DNA from: Blastocatellia bacterium
Lineage (GTDB): Bacteria > Acidobacteriota > Blastocatellia > DASRDY01
DNA length: 64,000 nucleotides
Direction of reading: 5' to 3'
Assembly: GCA_035652355.1 (NCBI GenBank)
Contig: DASRDY010000285.1
Location: 24,300 to 88,299, forward strand
Below are positions 21,103 through 31,244 of this stretch, piece by piece. A model generated the notes under the pieces. It saw only the letters and a list, made by a program, of their open reading frames with translations. It was not told the origin of the DNA and did not search any database. Each line of letters opens with the position of its first letter. Position 1 is the first letter of the stretch. Position numbers and translations under genes: made by a program.

Positions 21103-21281
21103 GACAATTTCCTCTCTAAAAGACAGTGTCCGAACCTAGAATCATACAACGTAGGCACAAGTAAGCAAGGGAAAGCGATCTCTGGTAAAAAATCGTAAAA
21201 AGTCGACGTTTATCCTGCTGATGAAATCGAAACTGAGCTAAGATCAATCAAATTTCAGCGGCGTCAACGGTTGGTAAAATC

Positions 21282-21980
21282 ATGGAAAACACAAGTAGAT
21301 CGACAAACATCGGAAGGTTAATCATCGCACCATTTTTCGTCAGCCTTTTGATGACCATACTTCGGTTGAGCGGCGAACTTCATAATTGGTCAGACACGTG
21401 GTTCAGCCGAGAAACGGGAGGCCTGGTTCCGACATACACAAACTGGGTCGTCGGAATTACATGGCTGGCAATTCCCATCGGCGTGTATATGGCGTATGAA
21501 CTTGCCAAATCAGAATCGGTTGTTCCTAACCCGACCAAAATTATTATCCTCTCGATTACCGGTTTGGTGGTGCTTTACGGTTCACTTGGAATCTTGCCTT
21601 GGCTTAGAGAAAAGTTTTCCCTGGAATTTCACACTAGATTGCTCATAGTTTGGTCGGTAGCTGCTGCCTGTGGAGCAATCCAAGCATTCGGCTGGAAACG
21701 CCTCTTCAAAGCGTTACTTATGTACGGTTTTGCATCTCGCGCTATTATCGCCATCGTGATGTTTCTGGCGATGCGAGGGAACTGGGGCACGCATTATGAC
21801 TACTTCGATTTTCCTCCCGAATTGAAAACAGATTTTTGGTCAGAATATTTCTGGCTCGCCTTCTTTCCTCAGTTGATATTCTGGGTATTATTCACCGTTA
21901 TGGCTGGATCGCTTTCGGGTGGTATTACTCTGGCGATTATTTCTGCAAAAAGGAGAGAGGCGATTAGGGCCCACGCGTGA
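21282..21980 (+). CDS. Integral membrane protein, function unknown
   Basis: There are about 6 hydrophobic segments and no motif I recognise. It is followed 4 nt later by the DinB-family gene. Confidence 0.6.
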   Translation: MENTSRSTNIGRLIIAPFFVSLLMTILRLSGELHNWSDTWFSRETGGLVPTYTNWVVGITWLAIPIGVYMAYELAKSESVVPNPTKIIILSITGLVVLYGSLGILPWLREKFSLEFHTRLLIVWSVAAACGAIQAFGWKRLFKALLMYGFASRAIIAIVMFLAMRGNWGTHYDYFDFPPELKTDFWSEYFWLAFFPQLIFWVLFTVMAGSLSGGITLAIISAKRREAIRAHA

Positions 21981-21984
21981 ATAG

Positions 21985-22458
21985 ATGAAAGAAACAATTC
22001 AAGATTTTTGCGAGACGGTCGAAACCGCGTCAGAGCGTTTATTGATGATGACAGATGAACAGAGCATGATTCACCCTGCTCCGGGAAAATGGTCACCAAA
22101 GCAGATTATCGGTCATTTGATAGATTCTGCTGCTAATAACCATCAACGGTTTATCCGCGCGCAGTTTAAAGACGACCTTGTTTTCCCAGGCTATGAACAA
22201 GAATATTGGGTCAGCGTCCAAAATTATCAGCAGGAGTCCTGGAACGGACTTGTCCAACTATGGAAGCTTTACAATCTTCATATTGCGCATGTGATCGAAT
22301 TCATTTCGGAAGAGAGACTCAAACGCCCATGTCGTAAACACAATCTAAACCAGATCGCCTGGAAGGTGATCAGCGAAGATGAACCAGCTACCCTGGAATA
22401 TATGATTGTCGATTACATCGGTCATATGAAAAACCATCTGAATCAGATTTTTCCGTAA
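21985..22458 (+). CDS. DinB-superfamily (DinB_2-like) protein
   Basis: PGKWSPKQIIGHLIDSAANNHQRF and the C-terminal DYIGHMKNHLNQI supply the His residues typical of the DinB four-helix bundle. Confidence 0.7.
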   Translation: MKETIQDFCETVETASERLLMMTDEQSMIHPAPGKWSPKQIIGHLIDSAANNHQRFIRAQFKDDLVFPGYEQEYWVSVQNYQQESWNGLVQLWKLYNLHIAHVIEFISEERLKRPCRKHNLNQIAWKVISEDEPATLEYMIVDYIGHMKNHLNQIFP

Positions 22459-22500
22459 CGAACCTCTTTCTGACGTTCACGGAAGCTCTGTTGTTGTTCT

Positions 22501-23190
22501 TCAGAATTCAGAGCTCAGGACATTCTCTTTTTGATCTTTAGGAAGGTATTGCGAGTCGAGCGAGCTGGCGATTACGGCTCTGATTCTTTTCGACAGCTCG
22601 TGCGCGGCGGCGCGAACTTCAGTAGGCTGTGCTTTACTCATATCCGGAACTTCAATTGGCGGATGATAAGTTACAGTTACTTTTCCCGCACGCGGGAAAA
22701 TGTTACGCGACGGCCAAGCAGAGTAACCGCCATTTATTGTAACGGGGACGATCTGCGTGCCCACCGTCAGTGCTAATCGGGAAGCTCCGGGTTTGAATGG
22801 TTGAAGATATCCGTCAACTGTTCGTCCTCCTTCGGGAAAGATCATCAGTGCCTCGCCTGACCCCAGAACGTCGCTGGCGTCATGCAGCGCGCTTCGATCA
22901 AAGCGATCGATCTTTACGGGAAATGCGCCCAGGAAACGCATTATCCAGCCGACGATTGGCAGCCTGAATATCTGATCCCACGCCATATAATGCACACGAC
23001 GCTGCAGCGGAATCGTTACCCAGAAAGGATCGGCGTAAGAGACGTGATTCGGAGCCAGAATAATCGATCCGGTCATCGGAACGTTTTCGATGCCGAAGAA
23101 CCGGATGCGAAACAGCAGTTTACATATCAGCAGGCAGAGCGGCCTCAAAAAATAATCTATGACTAAGGTCTGCATAACGGTTCCGAACAA
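22501..23190 (-). CDS. plsC: 1-acyl-sn-glycerol-3-phosphate acyltransferase (lysophospholipid acyltransferase family)
   Basis: The HX4D motif (APNHVSYADPF) and the FPEGGRT motif are both present. Confidence 0.85.
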   Translation of the reverse strand: MFGTVMQTLVIDYFLRPLCLLICKLLFRIRFFGIENVPMTGSIILAPNHVSYADPFWVTIPLQRRVHYMAWDQIFRLPIVGWIMRFLGAFPVKIDRFDRSALHDASDVLGSGEALMIFPEGGRTVDGYLQPFKPGASRLALTVGTQIVPVTINGGYSAWPSRNIFPRAGKVTVTYHPPIEVPDMSKAQPTEVRAAAHELSKRIRAVIASSLDSQYLPKDQKENVLSSEF

Positions 23191-23400
23191 GAGGCCGCGT
23201 CGCCGATCAGCGACAATAATCTCTATTATGTTCTGTAATCAAAACGGTTTACAAAACTAAACACTTATTGTGCATTGCAAAAAGGCAAGTTTCAAGGTTA
23301 GAGTTTAGCCTTTCGACGGCCTGCTTTACGTCGATCAGGTAAGCTCAGTGACATGGCTCGCGCCTGTGTCGTACTGATCGCTATTGATCGAGGAGTGCGT

Positions 23401-24000
23401 ATGTCTAACGCCGTGCCTATCGAACTGTCAGATGACAGCCGGATATTTGTTCTCTCCCGGGCAGAGTTCGTTCAAAAGTTTGAGAAAGATACTGGAGAAG
23501 ACGACCTGTCTCTAATTCGTCGAGCCTATATTATTGGCGAGGCCCTGCATCGAGGCCAAACAAGAGACGAAGGCACGCCGTACTTCAATCACCCTATCCG
23601 AGTCGCTATGGTTTTGTCGGACGAGCTTAACCGTCGCGAAGCGACAATTCTATGCGGCGCATTACTGCACGATGTAGTTGAAGATAGTGATATAACCGTT
23701 GAAGACTTGCGGGCAATGTTCAATCCGGAGATTGCCGACGCCGTCAGGTTGCTTACCAAAAACGGCGGAGTGGAAACTGTAGATTATTTGAGGGCAATCG
23801 AAGAGGAAAGTCCCGGAGTGGCACTTCCAATAAAGCTGGGCGACCGACTTGATAATCTGCGTGGACTGCATCTCTCCAGGAAACCAAACAAACGAGCAAA
23901 ATACCTGGGCGAAACGATGAAATACTTTGTGCCATTGGCGGAACGACACAATATGTATGTTCACGATCAGTTTCGAAAACTGATCAATCTGCTATCGTAA
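23401..24000 (+). CDS. HD-domain (SpoT/RelA hydrolase-like) small alarmone hydrolase candidate
   Basis: Motifs are HRGQTRDEGTPYFNHPIRVA, LLHDVVEDS and the DRLDNL pattern of (p)ppGpp hydrolase domains. GAGGAG lies 5 nt before ATG 23401; the listed ORF starts 16 codons earlier. Confidence 0.75.
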   Translation: MSNAVPIELSDDSRIFVLSRAEFVQKFEKDTGEDDLSLIRRAYIIGEALHRGQTRDEGTPYFNHPIRVAMVLSDELNRREATILCGALLHDVVEDSDITVEDLRAMFNPEIADAVRLLTKNGGVETVDYLRAIEEESPGVALPIKLGDRLDNLRGLHLSRKPNKRAKYLGETMKYFVPLAERHNMYVHDQFRKLINLLS

Positions 24001-24054
24001 TGCTGCACCCAGGTTGTCTCGTCTGGCTTTTCAATCAAATCCAGCCAATGTATT

Positions 24055-24585
24055 ATGTCTGCCACTAATATGAGATTAATTTGTGAAGAGAACCGAATTA
24101 AGTTAACCGCGTTTTGTCTTATTGCTCTTTCGCTTGCGGCCTGTGCTTCGTGTACCGGAAAGCCATCGGCCGCTCCGAACAACAGCCAGCCTGTTGTTAC
24201 GGTTCAAAAGCAAGGGGACAAAATTATTACAACGACGAAATATCCAAATGGAACTGTTTCGGTCATCATTGCGCAGCCAAATCCGCCTGATAACCTTCCA
24301 AAGGATATTCCGAACGTTGCCGAAACAACAGATTCAACCTACACCTTCGATCCCGATGCAAAGCACGTAACGCTCGGCAGCTACTCACCCAAGGCTCAAA
24401 AAGAAGTCGCCGATTATTACGAGCATGAGTTGAGCTCCGCCGGATGGTCCGCCAGCATGTCGACTAATCCGAACAAGGTAATCTCCATCAAGGCCGATAA
24501 GAACGGACGCCAACTGGAAATAGATGTTCTGCCTTACAACAACACCGGCAGCCACATAATGCTGAAGTACAACGCATCGACGTAA
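24055..24585 (+). CDS. Putative lipoprotein, function unknown
   Basis: The signal peptide has a lipobox-like LSLAAC. There is no recognisable domain. Confidence 0.55.
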   Translation: MSATNMRLICEENRIKLTAFCLIALSLAACASCTGKPSAAPNNSQPVVTVQKQGDKIITTTKYPNGTVSVIIAQPNPPDNLPKDIPNVAETTDSTYTFDPDAKHVTLGSYSPKAQKEVADYYEHELSSAGWSASMSTNPNKVISIKADKNGRQLEIDVLPYNNTGSHIMLKYNAST

Positions 24586-24598
24586 CATCGACGTAACA

Positions 24599-26083
24599 AT
24601 GATTGAGATCAACGGAAACACTCTCACCCTGGAGCAATTGTCTGCCGTCAGCCGCCAGAGCGAACAAGTCAGCATTGCTCCTGAAGCAATAGAACGCATT
24701 AAAAGATCGCGCCGGACTGTCGACGAAATCCTCGAGAGCGGTCGCGCCGTTTACGGGATAAATACCGGTTTCGGAAAACTGGTCGACGTTCACATTCCGC
24801 CTGAGGAATTGCGCCAGTTACAGGTGAATCTGGTTCGGTCGCATTGCTGCGGCGTTGGCGAGCCGCTGGATGAACCAACGACTCGCGGGATGATGCTTTT
24901 GCGCGCGAATGTGCTGGCAAAAGGATTCTCCGGCGTCCGTCCTGTGGTTGCAGAACGACTGGTCCAGATGTTGAACGCCGGAATTCATCCTGTGATTCCG
25001 TCAAAGGGATCTGTTGGAGCGAGCGGCGATCTGGCCCCGCTTGCACATTTGGCGTTGGGTCTGATTGGCGAAGGCGAAGTCCTCTATAAAGGACACCGCT
25101 TGTCGGCGGCAGAGGCGATGAAGTCCGCCGGAGTGATCCCAGTTGAATTGGAAGCAAAAGAAGGGTTGGCGCTGATCAATGGTACACAGGCAATGGCCTC
25201 GATTGGCTCGCTAGCTGTACTTGATGCAGCGTCGCTGGTGAAAGCGGCCAACACAATCGCGGCAATGACCCTTGAGGCCTTGCGCGGAAGTCACCGGGCG
25301 TTCGACGAACGAATCCATTCCGCTCGCCCGCAGCCAGGGCAAAGTCGGGTTGCCAGGGCGATGCTTGAACTGCTGTCTGACAGCGAAATTGTTCACTCCC
25401 ACGAAAACTGCGGACGTGTGCAGGATGCATATTCGCTTCGATGTATTCCACAGGTGCACGGGGCGGTGCTGGACGTGGTTGATCACGTCCGCAAAGTTCT
25501 GGAAATCGAGATCAACAGCGCGACAGATAACCCGTTGGTTTTTCCTGAATCGGGCGAAGTTATATCCGGCGGTAATTTCCACGGAGAGCCGATCGCGCTT
25601 GCCCTGGATTATCTGGGATTCGCGGTTTCAGAACTTGCCAGCATTTCGGAGCGCAGAATCGAGCGACTTGTGAACGCCGATCTCAGCGACGGTCTTCCTC
25701 CTTTTTTGATTAAACACCCTGGAACAAATTCTGGATTTATGATCGCGCAGGTGACGGCTGTCGCTTTGCTGGCGGAGAACAAAGTTCTTGCTCATCCCGC
25801 ATCGGTTGACAATCTGCCGACGTCAGGCAATCGCGAAGATCATGTAAGTATGGGGATGACTTCTGCGAACAAGCTTCGCCAGATTATCGACAATGTAAAT
25901 AAAGTTTTAGCTATCGAAGCGATATGTGCCGCGCAGGGACTCGATTTCATTGCACCGCTTAAACCTGGAAAAGGAGCGCTTGCGGCTTATCAAAAAATTC
26001 GAGCATCGATTCCGTTTATAGAACAAGACACTGTACTGGCAGGTCACATCGAAACCGCGGCCAAGTTGATAAGACAATTTTGA
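24599..26083 (+). CDS. hutH: Histidine ammonia-lyase
   Basis: The MIO-forming triad sits in GSVGASGDLAPLAHL. It is a full-length aromatic amino-acid lyase family member of 494 aa. Confidence 0.9.
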   Translation: MIEINGNTLTLEQLSAVSRQSEQVSIAPEAIERIKRSRRTVDEILESGRAVYGINTGFGKLVDVHIPPEELRQLQVNLVRSHCCGVGEPLDEPTTRGMMLLRANVLAKGFSGVRPVVAERLVQMLNAGIHPVIPSKGSVGASGDLAPLAHLALGLIGEGEVLYKGHRLSAAEAMKSAGVIPVELEAKEGLALINGTQAMASIGSLAVLDAASLVKAANTIAAMTLEALRGSHRAFDERIHSARPQPGQSRVARAMLELLSDSEIVHSHENCGRVQDAYSLRCIPQVHGAVLDVVDHVRKVLEIEINSATDNPLVFPESGEVISGGNFHGEPIALALDYLGFAVSELASISERRIERLVNADLSDGLPPFLIKHPGTNSGFMIAQVTAVALLAENKVLAHPASVDNLPTSGNREDHVSMGMTSANKLRQIIDNVNKVLAIEAICAAQGLDFIAPLKPGKGALAAYQKIRASIPFIEQDTVLAGHIETAAKLIRQF

Positions 26084-26089
26084 CCCGGT

Positions 26090-26153
26090 GTTCAGAGTAC
26101 AAGCTTTAGCTTGCCTGTTTCCGAATCAGCAGCCTAAAGGCTGGACTCTGAAC
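26090..26153. other. 64-nt structured element filling the gap between convergent hutH and a DUF5658-like gene (predicted three-way junction)
   Basis: The closing stem GTTCAGAGT (26090-98) / ACTCTGAAC (26145-53) encloses CAAGC-ttta-GCTTG (26100-13) and CAGCC-taaa-GGCTG (26130-43). There is no U tract on either side. Confidence 0.55.
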
Positions 26154-26506
26154 TAGTGCGGATACTCTGTCATAAAGATGTAGATGTGATAAAAGGCGAT
26201 TAGCTGATAAATGATCGCCGTGAACCAGATCCCAATTCGACCCAGCGGTCGATCCCGAGTCACGTAACATATCCAGAGACCAACCGTTGTTAACAAAACC
26301 TTGACCCAGAAGAACGTTACCCAGCCAATACTGATAAAGTAGCGCATCACGGGGTTGAGCTCGACCGCTATGCCCGATGCGATATGATGAACAGTTGCCG
26401 TGGCGTCGAAACCCGCCAGGCAAAGAGAGAACAACAGCAGCGTGAATAAACGCCGGTCCCCAATTCCGGATTTGATGCCAGTTCTATAAAGGGAGGCTGC
26501 CAGCAT
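26153..26506 (-). CDS. Small 4-TM membrane protein, DUF5658-like
   Basis: It has a D..T......G..E.NP pattern (FDATATVHHIASGIAVELNPVM) in a 117-aa hydrophobic protein. The family name is recalled from memory. Confidence 0.55.
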   Translation of the reverse strand: MLAASLYRTGIKSGIGDRRLFTLLLFSLCLAGFDATATVHHIASGIAVELNPVMRYFISIGWVTFFWVKVLLTTVGLWICYVTRDRPLGRIGIWFTAIIYQLIAFYHIYIFMTEYPH

Positions 26507-26792
26507 CTATTAATTCCTATCGAACAGTTTAAGCTATCCGCGCCACTCTCTTAAACGCGAACGTCAGCTAAACGGATTCAAAACCTTTCTGAAGTTTATC
26601 ATTCGCACACTGAACAGAGAATAACAATTTATTTTTACTGACGTTTCTCAAAACTGCACATCGGCTTAATGCAGCTTGATGACCGTATCGCTGGCTGTTA
26701 GACTCAATGTTTAATGGATCTTTTGCCTGAGTCCTCGATTCTCCGCGTGGCAGTGAGTCAGTTCAGGTGATTACTACAAACCAGGAGCAGCA

Positions 26793-28202
26793 ATGAGCGA
26801 TTCATCGTCACCCCGCTGGGTTGTGCCGGGGTATTTGACCGAAGTTAACGGACACCTGAACATCAATGGCGCCGATGCGGTTGAGCTTGCGCGGCAATAC
26901 GGCACGCCGCTCTACGTTTTTTCAGAAGCAAGAATTACGGACAACATCAACCGGTTGAAATCCGCGGCAACGTCGGTTTGGCCGCGGGTAAAGCTCTGCT
27001 ATGCGTCAAAGGCCAATTCGACGATGGCGGTCCTGAATGTCGTCAAAGGCTCCGGCATCGATCTTGAGGTAAACAGCGGTGGCGAACTGTTCCAGGCGCT
27101 GAAAGTCGGTTTCACTGGTGATCAGATAATCTTTAACGGTGTCGCAAAGACCGAGAGAGAAATTGAAGAAGCGATCAACGCCGACATTTTCGCGATAAAC
27201 GTCGATTCGCTTTACGAGTTGGATTTGATTGTCGGCGTCGCCGAAAGGTTGAAACGCACTGCAAATGTAACTCTACGGCTTGTGCCAGAGATAATAACGC
27301 GCTCGCATGTGGGACTTCAGACAGCGCTCTACAAATCAAAGTTCGGCCTGTCGCCGCAGGAAGTGCAAAAAGGTTTCGACCGCGCTCTGTCATCAAAGTA
27401 CGTGCGGCTTCGCGGCATTCATATACACGTGGGATCGCAAACGCCGGACGCAGACGCATACGCCCGAGCGTTCGAGTTAATGTGGCATCATATGGTCTTG
27501 CTGTACCAACGCACGGGGTACCAACTGGATCACGTCAACCTTGGCGGTGGCATTCCTGTGAATTACCTGCGCGACGACTCTGAGGTTGATCAGATCGGCG
27601 AACGCGAACGGGTGATGCTCGGCGCGACCCTTGATTTATCAGAGATTCTTCGCACGGCCCTTGATGCTATCGCAAGTCAATTAACAACCAGCGTCTCTAA
27701 TGCAGAAGAAATGCTCAACAAATTGACGCTCCTGTTCGAACCGGGTCGAAGCATCATCGGCGACACCGGAGTGATGTTGACCCGAATTCACAATACGAAG
27801 ACTCGTCCGGAGACCGGCGATTCCTGGCTGCTGGTCGATGCTGGCTATAACCAGTTGCTGCCGATGAACAATTACAAGTGGTATTACCACGCAGTAGCTG
27901 CTGAACGTGCGGCTGAACCTCACACGGAAAAATATAAGCTGGCCGGGCCACTGTGTGATGGCGGCGATGTCTTCTTCGATTTGGAAGGAAACAGATTACC
28001 GGATTATCGATTACTGCCCAATGACGTCAGATCCGGTGATCTGATTGCGCTGCTGAATGTCGGTGCGTATACGCTAGCGCAGTTGTCCCGCTACAACAGT
28101 CGGACCGCGCCAGCGGTTATTATGATTTCGCGCGAAGGAAAAGCCAAAGTCGCACGACGCGCGGAAAGCTATGAAGACCTGATTGCTCGCGATTCCTGGT
28201 AA
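26793..28202 (+). CDS. PLP-dependent decarboxylase, alanine-racemase fold (diaminopimelate decarboxylase-like)
   Basis: The PLP-Lys context is LCYASKANS. Other motifs are HIHVGSQ, LGGGIPV, EPGRSIIGD and GPLCDGGDV. I cannot distinguish LysA from other family members by eye. Confidence 0.8.
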   Translation: MSDSSSPRWVVPGYLTEVNGHLNINGADAVELARQYGTPLYVFSEARITDNINRLKSAATSVWPRVKLCYASKANSTMAVLNVVKGSGIDLEVNSGGELFQALKVGFTGDQIIFNGVAKTEREIEEAINADIFAINVDSLYELDLIVGVAERLKRTANVTLRLVPEIITRSHVGLQTALYKSKFGLSPQEVQKGFDRALSSKYVRLRGIHIHVGSQTPDADAYARAFELMWHHMVLLYQRTGYQLDHVNLGGGIPVNYLRDDSEVDQIGERERVMLGATLDLSEILRTALDAIASQLTTSVSNAEEMLNKLTLLFEPGRSIIGDTGVMLTRIHNTKTRPETGDSWLLVDAGYNQLLPMNNYKWYYHAVAAERAAEPHTEKYKLAGPLCDGGDVFFDLEGNRLPDYRLLPNDVRSGDLIALLNVGAYTLAQLSRYNSRTAPAVIMISREGKAKVARRAESYEDLIARDSW

Positions 28203-28211
28203 GATTGACGG

Positions 28212-29435
28212 CTACTTACCCGTCACTTCACGGATGACTCGCATGAAGTTTCCGCCGAGGATCTTCTTAACATCTTCTTCGCTGTAGCCTTTTTTCAGCA
28301 AGGCTTCCGTGATGTGCGGGAGTTTTGACACGTCTTCCATGCCTTTAGGCAAACTCGGAACGCCATCGAAATCAGAGCCCAGACCCACGTGGTCTATCCC
28401 GGCGACCTTCACCGCGTGATCGATGTGTTCGATCAACATATCGAAAGTCGGAGGCACTGCGCCGCTCGGTGATCCGTAATCAAGTTTGTAATTCGCGGCG
28501 GCTTCGCCTTCAGGATTGTTCAGGTAATCTTCATGTTTGATGGCGGTTTTCGGATGTTGTTTGTCCCACTCGTCGCTGCGTCGATTGAAATCCTTTTCAA
28601 TGAATCCTGAGTTGAAGTTGATCCCGACGACTCCACCATTTTTGGCAAGCGCCCGCAGCATATCATCCGTCATGTTACGCGGAACGTCGCAAAGCGCTCG
28701 ACATGATGAATGTGATGCGATAACCGGTTTTGTCGTCACCGCCATCACATCATAGAACGTTTTGTCGGAAACATGAGAAATGTCGACGATCATTCCAATG
28801 CGGTTCATTTCGCGCACGACCTCTTTACCGAAATCGCTGAGCCCATCGGGAGCCTTAACATGATCGCGATTCTTGTTTCCCGACGAATCGGCCCAGTTGT
28901 TGGGATTCGACCAGGTCAGGGTCATGTAACTAACACCGAGTTGCCGATATAGCCTCAGAGTCGCCAGATCGTCATCAATCGCATGACCACCTTCAATTCC
29001 CATCAGCGCAGCGATCTTGCCCTCTTTGTTGGCGCGTTCAATGTCCGAAGCGTTTACGGCTAACTGCAAGTCCTTTGGATTTGCTGCAATCACTCTGTTC
29101 ATTGCGTCGATCAGATCGAGAGTACGTTTGACCGCCCACGGTCCTTCGAATACAGAGTCAATCCAGACCGAAAAGAACTCTGCCTTCATTCCACCTTCGC
29201 GCATTCGCGGAATATCGATGTGACCTCCGTCGGTGCGTTTACCGATATCGACATTGCCGATTAATACTCGCTGCAACGTATCAACATGGGTGTCGACGAC
29301 GGTGGCTTCGCTGTGAATCTTTTTAGCGCGTTCAGATACATCGGATTCAGTTGCGCCAGTCGTGCAGGCAACCAGGCAGATCGAAGCTACAAACAACAAA
29401 GTAAAAATGATGCTGAGAAGAGAAGGTCTGTTCAT
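28212..29435 (-). CDS. Membrane dipeptidase, peptidase family M19
   Basis: A signal peptide is present, with M19 motifs VVDTHVDT, MGIEGGH, VDISHVSDKTF and HVGLGSDFDG. Confidence 0.85.
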   Translation of the reverse strand: MNRPSLLSIIFTLLFVASICLVACTTGATESDVSERAKKIHSEATVVDTHVDTLQRVLIGNVDIGKRTDGGHIDIPRMREGGMKAEFFSVWIDSVFEGPWAVKRTLDLIDAMNRVIAANPKDLQLAVNASDIERANKEGKIAALMGIEGGHAIDDDLATLRLYRQLGVSYMTLTWSNPNNWADSSGNKNRDHVKAPDGLSDFGKEVVREMNRIGMIVDISHVSDKTFYDVMAVTTKPVIASHSSCRALCDVPRNMTDDMLRALAKNGGVVGINFNSGFIEKDFNRRSDEWDKQHPKTAIKHEDYLNNPEGEAAANYKLDYGSPSGAVPPTFDMLIEHIDHAVKVAGIDHVGLGSDFDGVPSLPKGMEDVSKLPHITEALLKKGYSEEDVKKILGGNFMRVIREVTGK

Positions 29436-29585
29436 GTCGGATTAACTCCATCGAAGAGGTCGATTTAGATAAGCGAAAGTTAACCGACACAACGGCTAAG
29501 AAGCAAGCCAGAAATGCTCGATGATTGAGATAGGCGCAGGGGAATTCCCACGAAGATCGAAAGCGGATTCGAGATTCGCGCCCGA

Positions 29586-29831
29586 TTACATCGCTTTCAA
29601 CTGGCCCTCTTCAGAGAGGCGTCGCAGAATCGGATAGAGCGCACGAACGGTGTTAGGGTCGCTTAATGAGACTTTATTCATCAATTCTCTCATGTGGGCA
29701 TCGATGGATTGTCTAACTTCCTGAGGCAATTCAGGCAGTGAAAGCAGGTCAGCAAATTTGTTCGCTAAAGAATCGTAATCACCCATAAGCGCTGCAAGTT
29801 GCATCGGATCAAGTCTTTGTGTTTCCTTCAT
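29586..29831 (-). CDS. Hypothetical 81-aa protein
   Basis: GAAGGGGG lies about 8 nt upstream of the ATG. No family is recognised. Confidence 0.4.
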   Translation of the reverse strand: MKETQRLDPMQLAALMGDYDSLANKFADLLSLPELPQEVRQSIDAHMRELMNKVSLSDPNTVRALYPILRRLSEEGQLKAM

Positions 29832-30059
29832 TCGCTGGCCCCCTTCGTACTTCTATTTGATAAACCGCGGATTTTCTCCGAATCCGCAGTCTGACAAGCC
29901 CTATAATTATATATCTTTGAGGTTCTTTTGGCCTACATCATAATCGTAAAGAAAAAAGCGGCCCAGACATTCAGTCTGCGCTCTTCGATTAGCTGATTTT
30001 CCGTTCGAACCTGACAGCGCATTCACCCAAACAGCGGAGACCAAATGTCTGATGCGCCA

Positions 30060-31055
30060 CTATTTTTCCTGTTTAGCCTCGGTTACGAAGCGTTTGTAAT
30101 CACTGAATTCGACCGTTGAGTCCGCCGACACACGATCAAAAAGTGTCGGATAGTCAGCGGCATTCAGACGCATTATGTGCGGTAACCAAGTCCCGTCCGG
30201 CAACCTGATCATATCCACATAAATTGGTGGAGCGATCTTGTCCGACAATTTCGCGTTACCCATTGCATTACCCGAACTGGCCGGCCAGCCAACCAGCTTA
30301 CTGACGATTCGATCCTGTTTATCGATCCATATTTCGCCTTTTAATTGCGATATATACTTCATAGCTTCATCCAGCTTGGCGTCGGCTCGTGGAGCGAAGC
30401 TGAAAACCAGCGTTTCGCGACCTTCGACTTGCTCCTGGCGAATCAGTTTCAGATCGCAGGAGCTCAGGAATATCCCAATACCAAGTCTCGCGCTACCTCT
30501 GCTAAATCCAAATACGCTGCTGTTGGTACTAAAGCTTGAATACGATCCTATAGGATGCATTCCCTTTATATCAGTCGGTTTGTTGTTCGATGCCGGCACG
30601 GATTTATGCGCGATCTTCTCTTCTTCCTTCTCCAGTCGCTCTCCTGCCTGCCTTCGCTCCTTTTCCAGTTCTTTACTGTCAACCGGGACACCGTTGTGGC
30701 TAACTGCCAACAGAATTCCACTCGCACTGGTTCCGTTCTTAAGAGTCGGAAGGTAAACCTCGAATAAGGTCGACTCTTCCTTGGCTTCACCCTTTTTATT
30801 GCGTTCGCGTTTTGTGTTTTTAAGGTTGTAAGTGAATTCTGTCAGGGCATCGCCGGCGCCTTTGCATGCAGCCTCTTTTACCAGAGCAGGGATATCAATA
30901 TCGCCCTCGACAGAAGCCGGAACGACGCCTTCGCAGATTTTGGGTATCGGGCTCAAGGGTTTGCCGAGATTGACTTTGACCCCCTGACCATCGGTAACAA
31001 TCGCGAGTAAGAGGATTGCAGACAGCATCTTGCTGACGATAATGGAATAACGCAT
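30060..31055 (-). CDS. Hypothetical secreted protein (possibly LolA-like lipoprotein-sorting fold)
   Basis: The signal peptide is MLSAILLLAIVTDGQG. The C-terminal pattern GEIWIDKQDRIV...DGTWLPHIMRL...VEFSDYKRF resembles LolA-fold proteins, but only weakly. Confidence 0.5.
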   Translation of the reverse strand: MRYSIIVSKMLSAILLLAIVTDGQGVKVNLGKPLSPIPKICEGVVPASVEGDIDIPALVKEAACKGAGDALTEFTYNLKNTKRERNKKGEAKEESTLFEVYLPTLKNGTSASGILLAVSHNGVPVDSKELEKERRQAGERLEKEEEKIAHKSVPASNNKPTDIKGMHPIGSYSSFSTNSSVFGFSRGSARLGIGIFLSSCDLKLIRQEQVEGRETLVFSFAPRADAKLDEAMKYISQLKGEIWIDKQDRIVSKLVGWPASSGNAMGNAKLSDKIAPPIYVDMIRLPDGTWLPHIMRLNAADYPTLFDRVSADSTVEFSDYKRFVTEAKQEK

Positions 31056-31177
31056 TTGGTTTCACCTGATTTTGTCGAACATTTTCGCGATATGAATCCG
31101 TACGTGTTGAGAAGCTGGGTAGTTGCAAAATATTGGGAGGTTCAGAGGCCTGTAACCCGAGCAACTTTTATATTGCA

Positions 31178-31220
31178 CAAAAGAAAGAACGCCCGCAAAT
31201 CCTGACGGAATTTGCGGGCG
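31178..31220 (-). terminator. Rho-independent terminator after pilC
   Basis: The 11-bp stem is CGCCCGCAAAT (31190-31200) / ATTTGCGGGCG (31210-31220). On the minus strand it is followed by TTCTTTCTTTTG. It sits 25 nt downstream of the pilC stop. Confidence 0.75.
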
Positions 31221-31244
31221 CTGGTTGGTTCTCGCCTTGGAGAA

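Noticed and set aside
26106-26423. A 105-aa minus ORF in an alternative frame of the DUF5658-like gene.
   Set aside because: The 26153..26506 frame encodes a coherent 4-TM protein with the family motif. The alternative frame is hydrophilic nonsense and runs into the structured element.
26507-26792. Looked for a lysine riboswitch (L-box) or other leader upstream of the LysA-like decarboxylase.
   Set aside because: I could not find the conserved L-box helices or core sequences by eye. Only an AGGAG RBS is evident. A cmscan would be needed to exclude it formally.
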